A program made the position numbers and the translations under genes. Under the pieces are notes generated by a model. That model saw only the letters and a list, made by a program, of their open reading frames with translations, ran no database searches and was not told where the DNA came from. This document shows positions 1-6,677 of a stretch of DNA of 27,532 nt, piece after piece (the stretch's first letter is position 1; each line of letters begins with the position of its first letter). This DNA comes from a virus (Duplodnaviria > Caudoviricetes). The DNA lies in the IMG/VR virus record IMGVR_UViG_3300006097_000029, positions 1 to 27,532 of that record. One strand, written 5' to 3'.

Positions 1-55
1 ATTAGTGGACCAGTTTTCGATTAATAAGTGGACCAGTTTTCGATTGACAAATACA
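1..55. mobile_element. Terminal end of an IS21-family-like insertion sequence (remainder outside the window)
   Basis: Two identical 19-bp repeats AGTGGACCAGTTTTCGATT (4-22, 27-45) followed by a terminus ...TGACAAATACA at 55 (TGTATTTGTCAA on the - strand). TG...CA ends with tandem subterminal repeats are typical of IS21. Confidence 0.75.
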
Positions 56-497
56 CATAATTAATAGGATATACAAACCCTTTACAATTGATTTTATACT
101 TAACACAAAAACCTTTACCATTGTTAGCATAATGAGCCCACATTGGCATGCATTCAAATAAATCATCATTAAAAAATGAAAAACAAAGAAATAAATAATT
201 ACCTCTAAACATGTCTACAATCTTATCAAATTCTTCTTTAGAATAGTTATTTTTATCTATCTTTTCATAATCATAGATAAATGGTCTAGAATCAAAAGGA
301 TCGTTTACCTCTTTATAACTATTTAAGAATATTCTAGAGTTTTCTAGATTATTTAATATCGATTCATCATGTTCTCCATCTAATTTAAAAAACTTATATA
401 GACTGTTGGGCATCAATAACTCTTTGTAAGCTAGTGCATTTTCTGTTCCTTTATCATTTACTATTTGTCTGAAAATATCATAAGAAAATTCTTTCAT
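21..497 (-). pseudogene. DUF2971-like protein truncated by the IS (last residues YLSIENWSTY* are IS-derived)
   Basis: Motifs LYKF...NDPFD...LCFS...MWAHYANNGKGFCV. Likely start ATG at 497 behind GAAGGGAGA. The frame enters the IS end at 55. Confidence 0.75.
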
Positions 498-513
498 ATG
501 TCGATCTCCCTTC

Positions 514-858
514 TTACCCCAAACTAGCAACATCCTCCAACGCATAGACTGCCATCCTATCAGCAACAACTTCATTCTCATTCTTATGTTCCATTCTAAG
601 AAGATAGGGGCTCTGAGGTGCTTCAGCTACAATATGGGCCAGTTCATGTAAGAATACGAATCTAGCTTCATCAAAACTAAGCATCTGATTAGCGATAATG
701 TAGTAGTAACCACTTTTAGATCTATAGACCATACCTGCAATATGTTTTCCTAGTGGCCCAGATCTAGTAATTATATTATTAGCTAACAAAAAATCCTGAG
801 AGTATTCAGGATCTTCCATTAGTTGTTTAAATATTTCACTTTCCTGAAGCTTAGCCAT
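514..858 (-). CDS. ImmA/IrrE-family Zn metallopeptidase (anti-repressor protease)
   Basis: RFVFLHELAH (HExxH) and E-xx-AD motifs. Likely start MAKLQ at 858 overlaps the repressor stop. Confidence 0.85.
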   Translation of the reverse strand: MAKLQESEIFKQLMEDPEYSQDFLLANNIITRSGPLGKHIAGMVYRSKSGYYYIIANQMLSFDEARFVFLHELAHIVAEAPQSPYLLRMEHKNENEVVADRMAVYALEDVASLG

Positions 859-1276
859 GTGTATGACCTGCCTCTTCTTCATCCTCAATCACTTTTATAA
901 TTCGGATTATTCTTTTTATATCATCATCATCTAATTCTCTTGCTTGCTTAAATAGGAGAAACAGATCCTCACGTTCTTTTAATTCCTGCCAAAAATCAAC
1001 TAGCTCGGGGTCTTCATCTTTTAGTGCTTTAGATATTCGTTGTTTATTTTCATCGTTCACCTGGTCAATAGGGCGAGGGTCGTTTGTTTGGCCAAGGAGG
1101 TAGTCTAAAGATACATTAAAGAAATCAGCTATTTTAATTTTAATTTCATCACTAGGAGCACGTTGTTCACTTTCATATTGAGATAAAGTTGAATTTGAAA
1201 TATTAATCATACGTGCAAACTCAAGTTGTGTTAATCCTTTGGACTCACGTAACCTTTTGATCCTTTTGCCAATCAT
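851..1276 (-). CDS. ImmR/CI-like XRE HTH repressor
   Basis: N-terminal HTH_3 (RIKRLRESKGLTQLEFA...FFNVSLDYLLG). Divergent from cro and coupled to the ImmA-like gene. Confidence 0.9.
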   Translation of the reverse strand: MIGKRIKRLRESKGLTQLEFARMINISNSTLSQYESEQRAPSDEIKIKIADFFNVSLDYLLGQTNDPRPIDQVNDENKQRISKALKDEDPELVDFWQELKEREDLFLLFKQARELDDDDIKRIIRIIKVIEDEEEAGHTHG

Positions 1277-1306
1277 AAAAATTCATCCTTTTAATTTATT
1301 AATGTT

Positions 1307-1422
1307 ATTATACAGTTTTGCAGTTAGTAAAAAAATACAGTTTTGCAAAATGTGAAATTTATTATTGACATTTGCATATTGTGAAAGTATAATAAATATA
1401 GAAAGGTTTTGCTAATAGCAAA
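1307..1422. promoter_or_regulatory. Switch 1: divergent promoters with four operators
   Basis: Consensus sigma-A promoter TTGACA(1365-70)-17-TATAAT(1388-93). Leftward TATAAT at 1312-1307. TTTGC-N5-G(C/T)(A/G)AA sites at 1317-31, 1342-56, 1371-85 and 1408-22. Confidence 0.85.
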
Positions 1423-1444
1423 ATTAAAAAATGGAGGTGATTGA

Positions 1445-1660
1445 ATGTTAGAAGATTTAAGGAAGGAAAAAGGTTTATCTCAGACTGATTTAGCCAGTCT
1501 TTTAGATATACCTAATAGTACTTATCATATGTATGAATCTGGAAAAAGAAAGATACCAGTAAAAATTGCAAAAAGAATTGCTAACTTTTTTGAAGTTGAA
1601 GTTGAAGATATTTTTTTACCTTCATATTTCACAGTTAGCAAAACAAAGAAAAGTGCATAG
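1445..1660 (+). CDS. Cro-like HTH regulator
   Basis: 71-aa XRE HTH with GGAGGTGA RBS, divergent from the repressor. Confidence 0.88.
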   Translation: MLEDLRKEKGLSQTDLASLLDIPNSTYHMYESGKRKIPVKIAKRIANFFEVEVEDIFLPSYFTVSKTKKSA

Positions 1661-1671
1661 GGGGTGAATGA

Positions 1672-1983
1672 ATGGAAATGCCAAGTCAAATTAAAATTGC
1701 AGGTTTTGTGATAGATATAAAAATGGATAAAAATATCTTAGTGGAGAGAGGTCACATTGGTGAGTATGCTCCTAAATATCAAGAAATTAGGATAGCTGAA
1801 GGTCTAACTGAACAGCAACAAAAAGAAACTCTTATTCACGAAGTTATAGAAGCAATAGATTCTATATATTCTTTAGATTTAGATCATGATGAGCAACTGA
1901 GTATTATATCATTAGCACTTCACCAGGTCTTTAATGAGAGTCATGAGTTATTGTCTTTCTTAAAAAATAAAACCCCTAAGTAG
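1672..1983 (+). CDS. Small metallopeptidase-like phage protein with HExxE variant
   Basis: GEY...QEIRI...ETLIHEVIEAI resembles minimal zincins, but the second His is Glu. Confidence 0.55.
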   Translation: MEMPSQIKIAGFVIDIKMDKNILVERGHIGEYAPKYQEIRIAEGLTEQQQKETLIHEVIEAIDSIYSLDLDHDEQLSIISLALHQVFNESHELLSFLKNKTPK

Positions 1984-1986
1984 GGG
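1962..1986 (-). terminator. Putative intrinsic terminator for the leftward YjzC-like gene
   Basis: CCCCT-AAGT-AGGGG (1973-1986) with a U-rich tail on the - strand. Confidence 0.45.
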
Positions 1987-1998
1987 ATGGAACTAAAG

Positions 1999-2190
1999 TT
2001 ATCTTACTTTTCCAGATTTATTTTTAGTTCCATCAACAAAAACATATTTTTGTCCAGGTTTACTTGTTGGTGGTAAAGGTTTTCCCTTAGTAGAAGTAAC
2101 TTCTTTATTAGTTTTACCATTACGAGGACCAACAACTTCATATTGACCTGAAGCAGGTGCTTTTGTTCCTGGTGTGTATTTCTTACTCAT
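1999..2190 (-). CDS. YjzC-family small basic protein
   Basis: PGTKAPASGQYEVVGPRNG...KGKPLPPTSKPGQKY. Start MSKKY at 2190 with AAAGGAGTGA RBS; the ORF-track start at 2307 is an over-extension. Confidence 0.8.
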   Translation of the reverse strand: MSKKYTPGTKAPASGQYEVVGPRNGKTNKEVTSTKGKPLPPTSKPGQKYVFVDGTKNKSGKVR

Positions 2191-2258
2191 GAGTTCACTC
2201 CTTTCATAAAATAGTTTTTTGTCAACTAAATTATACAAGATATAGGGGGTGAAAACAA

Positions 2259-2456
2259 GTGTTTGTACTACATATTGTGGAATTAAGAAAAAAAAGAGGT
2301 TGGTCAAGGAATGAGTTAGGTAGAAGATCTGGCTTATCGGGTGTAGGAATTGGATTAATTGAGAGGGGAAAGCGAAATATGAAGATTGATACAGCTGTAA
2401 AGATAGCTAAAGCATTGGGTGTAACCTTAGATGACTTAGTAGAGATTGAAAATTAA
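2259..2456 (+). CDS. XRE/Cro-like HTH regulator
   Basis: 65-aa HTH_3 with GGGGGTGA RBS and GTG start. Confidence 0.85.
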   Translation: MFVLHIVELRKKRGWSRNELGRRSGLSGVGIGLIERGKRNMKIDTAVKIAKALGVTLDDLVEIEN

Positions 2457-3228
2457 GGAGGCGTTAACTATAAACAACATACATGTTTTTAACAATTCAG
2501 AGTTTGGTCAAGTAAGAACCATCCTTAAAGAAAATCAAGTTTGGTTTGTAGCAAAAGATGTATGCGATTGCTTAGCACTAACAAATCCCACAATGTCTTT
2601 GCAAAGATTGGATGAAGATGAAGCGACTAAGTTTAACTTAGGGGGTCGTGTTGGAGAGACTAACATCGTAAACGAGTATGGATTGTATAACTTAGTACTA
2701 GGTAGTAGGAAGCCAGAAGCTAAAAGATTCAAGAGATGGATTACTCATGAAGTGCTGCCTTCAATCAGAAAGCATGGAGCTTATATGACTCCATCTAAGC
2801 TTGAAGAAGTACTGCTAAGCCCAGATACAATAATTCATTTAGCTCAAAACCTTAAAGAAGAAATGGAAAAGAGAAAAGCAGCAGAAAACCAAGTTAAAGA
2901 AATGAAACCTAAAGCATTGTTTGCTGAAGCTGTTGAAACATCACATACTTCAATTTTAGTAGGTGATCTAGCTAAGTTACTTAGACAAAATGGAGTAAAT
3001 ACTGGTTCTCATAGGTTATTCGAATGGTTAAGACAGAATGGATTCTTAATTAAAAGAGGTAGTAGCAGAAATATGCCTACACAATACTCAATGGATCTAG
3101 GGCTGTTTGAAGTGAAAGAGAGAGCTTTTACAAATCCTGATGGAAGTGTACGAGTTACTAGGACAACTAAAGTTACAGGTAAAGGACAAGTATATTTTAT
3201 TAATAAGTTTTTGAGAGAAAGTGCATAG
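2446..3228 (+). CDS. Phage antirepressor (BRO-N + KilAC/ANT); probable start ATA at 2470
   Basis: FNNSEFGQVRT..WFVAKDVC..SRKPEAKRFKRWITHEVLPSIRKHGAY, then MKPKALFA...TKVTGKGQVYFINKF. Confidence 0.92.
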   Translation: MKIKEALTINNIHVFNNSEFGQVRTILKENQVWFVAKDVCDCLALTNPTMSLQRLDEDEATKFNLGGRVGETNIVNEYGLYNLVLGSRKPEAKRFKRWITHEVLPSIRKHGAYMTPSKLEEVLLSPDTIIHLAQNLKEEMEKRKAAENQVKEMKPKALFAEAVETSHTSILVGDLAKLLRQNGVNTGSHRLFEWLRQNGFLIKRGSSRNMPTQYSMDLGLFEVKERAFTNPDGSVRVTRTTKVTGKGQVYFINKFLRESA

Positions 3229-3239
3229 GGGGTGTTGGG

Positions 3240-3533
3240 GTGGAAATTACATTTGATAGAAAAGAAACTATAAATTACATAGAAGGGTTAATAACTGATA
3301 TTGAGAGAGCCATTATAGATTTGAAGAAATGTATTCCCCAAAATTATAAAGAAGATATGAAAAGGCTAAAAAGTGGTGAGTTGAATGACCAAGACTTTAT
3401 GTTTTTAGCAAATAAAATTATTTCTTGGTCATTAACTTTTTTAACACCTTTATCGGATTATATTAGATATGAAGTTGTTGGTAAAAAAAACAGTGAATTC
3501 TACTATATTAAAATCTCTAAAACTAATCTATAG
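3240..3533 (+). CDS. Hypothetical protein
   Basis: 97-aa ORF behind a GGGGGTG RBS directly after the antirepressor. Confidence 0.55.
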   Translation: MEITFDRKETINYIEGLITDIERAIIDLKKCIPQNYKEDMKRLKSGELNDQDFMFLANKIISWSLTFLTPLSDYIRYEVVGKKNSEFYYIKISKTNL

Positions 3534-3951
3534 GGTTTTCATCGGTAAGTACTACTGGCTTAACTCTTACATAGTCTTTAACTTTGATTGGCCTATCAGT
3601 ATTTATGCCGTATCCTTCAATATCTTCGGGTTTAACATTTAGGGATATTCTATTGCTCGTTTTTGCAAACTGCATCATTGCGCCAACAAGTGGACTGGGA
3701 TTATTTTTATAGTCATTACTTAAACAAACAGTCATGTTCTCTAATACAGTATCTGCTATGATATTAGCTTTAATATAGTCAAGTGTACCTAAACTCTTAT
3801 CATCATAGGTCGGATCATTTATTTCAATGCCTTTAAGGAAAATCTGAAATTCCTGATTCTCTTTTACACCTTGTTTATAACCTGCATTAATCAAGACACT
3901 ATCTTTGCTAATTATTCTTATTACTTGAATTGGATCTTTATTAATTGTCAT
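3523..3951 (-). CDS. Hypothetical beta-rich protein, FlgT C-terminal-like motif
   Basis: VLINAGYKQGVKENQEFQIF..EINDP..SLGTLD pattern. Start overlaps the stop of the upstream gene (TAATG). Confidence 0.65.
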   Translation of the reverse strand: MTINKDPIQVIRIISKDSVLINAGYKQGVKENQEFQIFLKGIEINDPTYDDKSLGTLDYIKANIIADTVLENMTVCLSNDYKNNPSPLVGAMMQFAKTSNRISLNVKPEDIEGYGINTDRPIKVKDYVRVKPVVLTDENPID

Positions 3952-4439
3952 TATTGTCTCCTTTTTTGTATTAGTTCATTTTCATTTTTATCTAAGTATT
4001 TAATTAATGCAATAATTTCAATTTCTTTTTTTGAATCGGTTAAAGTTAACCAATTACGAAAAAACTGCTTTAGTTCGCTGTTTTGCTGTTCTAAATTGTC
4101 GCGCATACTGGTTACTCTATTAAGTTCTTTTGAAAGATTTGAATTACTTGCTTTTTGTCCAAGAAGAGCTTCGTTACAAGTCGTATACTTTGAACGAATC
4201 TCTATTAAAAAATTAATAGATTTCTTAAGTCTGCGAAAATAATAAATACAGTAGCCTATAGCAATAATGGTAAGTGTAAGCATACATAGAAAAAGAAGTA
4301 AATAGTTATTTTTTACAGAGTTGTAAACGCTGAAAGCAAATATTATAAACGAAATAGAACCTGTAAATATACTAATGGGCTTATTAAAACTAATACTTTC
4401 TTCTAGTTTTGTAATTTGGTCAACATCATTTTGACTCAG
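3951..4439 (-). CDS. Two-TM membrane protein with C-terminal coiled coil (162 aa, CTG start)
   Basis: The frame stays open 52 codons upstream of the ORF-track start, up to CTG at 4439, which lies 6 nt after GGAGGTG. Two hydrophobic segments. Confidence 0.7.
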   Translation of the reverse strand: MSQNDVDQITKLEESISFNKPISIFTGSISFIIFAFSVYNSVKNNYLLLFLCMLTLTIIAIGYCIYYFRRLKKSINFLIEIRSKYTTCNEALLGQKASNSNLSKELNRVTSMRDNLEQQNSELKQFFRNWLTLTDSKKEIEIIALIKYLDKNENELIQKRRQ

Positions 4440-4455
4440 CTAAAACACCTCCAGA

Positions 4456-4689
4456 TTATTTATTAACGATATAACCAGGAAGGTCAGCTAAAAGCTCGCT
4501 AACAGGCATATCAAGACCATTAGCAATTTTGATGAGAGTTCTAAGTTGAGGGTTTTTGCTTTCACCTTGAATAATACTATTCACTGTAGATTGAGTTAGT
4601 TCAGATCTTAAAGCTAATCGATTAATGGAAAGATCTTTTTCATCACAGAGAGATTGTATCCTTTGGCTAAGCCATTTTTGTAAAGTCAT
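4456..4689 (-). CDS. XRE HTH repressor (switch 2)
   Basis: RIQSLCDEKDLSINRLALRSELTQSTVNSII..NPQLRTLIKIANGLDMPVSEL. Confidence 0.88.
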   Translation of the reverse strand: MTLQKWLSQRIQSLCDEKDLSINRLALRSELTQSTVNSIIQGESKNPQLRTLIKIANGLDMPVSELLADLPGYIVNK

Positions 4690-4700
4690 AATATAACCAC

Positions 4701-4815
4701 CTTAACGTAATATCGTTAAGTAAATAATACCAAAAATTTTTCAAAATACTTAACGATGCATCGTTGACACTGAGAAAAACATGTAGTAGAATATAATAAA
4801 CGATACATCGTTAAT
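4701..4815. promoter_or_regulatory. Switch 2: three palindromic operators and a rightward promoter
   Basis: AACG-N6-CGTT sites: CTTAACGTAATATCGTTAAG (4701-20), CTTAACGATGCATCGTTGAC (4749-68), ATAAACGATACATCGTTAAT (4796-4815). Promoter TTGACA(4764-69)-17-TAGAAT(4787-92). Confidence 0.85.
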
Positions 4816-4835
4816 AATAGAAAGTAGGTGAGCGA

Positions 4836-5039
4836 GTGAAGTTTGGAAACTCAATGAGAGAGTTGAGAAAAGCAATGATGTTATCACAAAGAGAGTTAGG
4901 TGAAAAGATTGATGTTCCACAAACAACTATAAGTGATTGGGAGACAGGTAAGTATCTTCCTGATGTTTATCAAGCTAGTAAACTAGCTAAAGCATTGGGA
5001 GTTCCATTAGATGATCTTGTTGACAGAAAGAGTGCATAG
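4836..5039 (+). CDS. Cro-like HTH regulator (switch 2)
   Basis: 67-aa HTH_3 (LSQRELGEKIDVPQTTISDWETGKYLP). Confidence 0.88.
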   Translation: MKFGNSMRELRKAMMLSQRELGEKIDVPQTTISDWETGKYLPDVYQASKLAKALGVPLDDLVDRKSA

Positions 5040-5050
5040 GAGGTGAACCA

Positions 5051-5353
5051 ATGAGCTATAAAAGCCACTTATTAAAAAAGTATTGTCCTAGTAAAGAGTG
5101 GATTAAGCAAAAGAAAAGGGATTGGGAAGAAAGATTCCCTAATAGTGAGCAAGATCCTTTATTGATAGAAATTGAAAGTGAAAGAGAAGCTATAGCAAGT
5201 ATAGATGAGAATACCTGGGAGTATCTGTTTTATCAAGGATATGTATTTGATAACACAAGAGACCAGGGCAAAACTATAATTCTTAGAAATGTGAAAAATG
5301 ATGAGGTAGTACCTCTGAGAGATGTAATAAGGAAGGAGGGAGAGATAGCCTAA
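5051..5353 (+). CDS. Hypothetical protein
   Basis: GGAGGTGA RBS, 100 aa. Confidence 0.65.
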   Translation: MSYKSHLLKKYCPSKEWIKQKKRDWEERFPNSEQDPLLIEIESEREAIASIDENTWEYLFYQGYVFDNTRDQGKTIILRNVKNDEVVPLRDVIRKEGEIA

Positions 5354-5432
5354 CCTTTGGCCATAGACTAGGCTAGAGGATTCAAGTGATTTGATTCTAC
5401 TTAAAGTATATCAAGAAAGGAGGTGTTTCAGA

Positions 5433-5969
5433 ATGTTGAAAGTAGCACGAGAAAGAGCTGGACTGACACAAGAAGAACTAGCTTACCTATTGAAATGTGA
5501 CCGCTCAACACTATCTAGATATGAGCTTAAAGGCTATGCACCAGCTGATGTTGTTTATCTTTGGGCCAAAGCATGTAAGTCACCAGAATTGATTAATTGG
5601 TACTGTAAGAGAATATGTCCTATAGGCAAGGCATATAGCTATGAAATGCTAGATAGAATAGATAACTCAATGCCAGCGGTTATCTTTGCAGGTATAGAAG
5701 AATTTGAAGAAGGTTTAGTAGCACTACAGACGTTTAGAAAGCTGATGCAGAACAAGAGTCACAAAGATGATCTAAGTAAAGATAGTCAGGAACAAGCTGA
5801 AGAATGCTTACAGCAGTTCATTCATGATATTAGTAGATTTACTGCAATAGCTAAAATGACAGCTGCAGTAATGGGATTTGATATAGAACTTGGAGTTAAG
5901 AAAAATGATAGGAAAGTAAGACAAAGGGGTTATACAAAAGAAAATAGCTCAAGCTATGTGGTAGCCTGA
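5433..5969 (+). CDS. XRE HTH protein with extended helical C-terminus (YC..ICPIG motif)
   Basis: Start MLKVARERAGLTQEELA at 5433 behind AAGGAGGTG. Confidence 0.8.
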   Translation: MLKVARERAGLTQEELAYLLKCDRSTLSRYELKGYAPADVVYLWAKACKSPELINWYCKRICPIGKAYSYEMLDRIDNSMPAVIFAGIEEFEEGLVALQTFRKLMQNKSHKDDLSKDSQEQAEECLQQFIHDISRFTAIAKMTAAVMGFDIELGVKKNDRKVRQRGYTKENSSSYVVA

Positions 5970-5972
5970 GCT
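5935..5972 (-). terminator. Hairpin over the stop codon; possible terminator of antisense transcription
   Basis: AGCTCA-A-GCTA-TGTGG-TAGC-C-TGAGCT (5946-5972) preceded by an A-rich run, which gives a U-tail on the - strand. Confidence 0.4.
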
Positions 5973-6045
5973 GGAAAACTTTGCTGAGTCATATGACTCG
6001 CTTACATAAGAATTATACCAAAATGACACACTAAAAACAACAGAG

Positions 6046-6405
6046 GTGAAGAGATTGCACAAACCAAACAAGTTTAGAGTGCTTAATGCACAAAATGACA
6101 ATAAAGAAAACAAAGTAGAAGAAGTATCATTTGATGAGATCATCTCTAAAAGAGTATATCAAATGATAGCCCAAGCAGTAGAAGAGTACAAGAATAAGAC
6201 TAAAACATACCCAGATGAGTGGCCACCAATATTAAGACCTAATGATGTGTCTGATGTATTAGGTATAGCTAGAAGTTCAGCAGATGAACTGTTCAATAGG
6301 AGAGACTTCCCATACATCCATCTGACTGAATACAGAAAAGCTATTGGTGCTGAAGCTCTATGGAAATGGGTTAATAAAAACTGGCCACCAAAAAGAGCAA
6401 GTTAG
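6046..6405 (+). CDS. Excisionase-like HTH_17 DNA-binding protein
   Basis: WPPILRPNDVSDVLGIARSSADELFNRRDFPYIHL..RKAI..EALWKW. Confidence 0.7.
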   Translation: MKRLHKPNKFRVLNAQNDNKENKVEEVSFDEIISKRVYQMIAQAVEEYKNKTKTYPDEWPPILRPNDVSDVLGIARSSADELFNRRDFPYIHLTEYRKAIGAEALWKWVNKNWPPKRAS

Positions 6406-6409
6406 TTAG

Positions 6410-6499
6410 GGTTTACAAGGAATCTAGAGCCTCCTTTGATCATACAAGCATGTAGTTTAGCCAAAAATTCTAGATTCCTTTTAACCATATCAAAGGAGG
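6410..6499 (+). ncRNA. Candidate structured leader (pseudoknot or alternative stems covering an RBS)
   Basis: 12-bp stem 6417-28/6469-80 and 11-bp stem 6430-40/6489-99. Confidence 0.5.
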
Positions 6500-6512
6500 G
6501 GAAAGGATAAAC

Positions 6513-6677
6513 ATGCAAGGATTATTCTTCATGATAATTTGCTTAAATGGAATGCTGTTACTATTAATGTTAGGTGCAGCAATTGATTTTATATTTGAAA
6601 AACTCGAACAAAGAAAAAATACAACCATTGAAGCAATAAAAAGAAATAAATACAACTCATTCAGGAGGTATAAATGA
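6513..6677 (+). CDS. Small single-TM protein (54 aa, not in the ORF track)
   Basis: MQGLFFMIICLNGMLLLLMLGAAIDFIFEKLEQRKN...RRYK*. RBS present. Stop overlaps the YqaJ start (ATGA). Confidence 0.7.
   Translation: MQGLFFMIICLNGMLLLLMLGAAIDFIFEKLEQRKNTTIEAIKRNKYNSFRRYK

Noticed and set aside
4-45. Direct repeats as a CRISPR array
   Set aside because: Only two 19-bp units with a 4-nt gap and a TG..CA terminus, which fits an IS end.
5940-5969. C-terminus ENSSSYVVA as an ssrA-like degron
   Set aside because: Only a loose resemblance, and the codons are explained by the overlapping hairpin.
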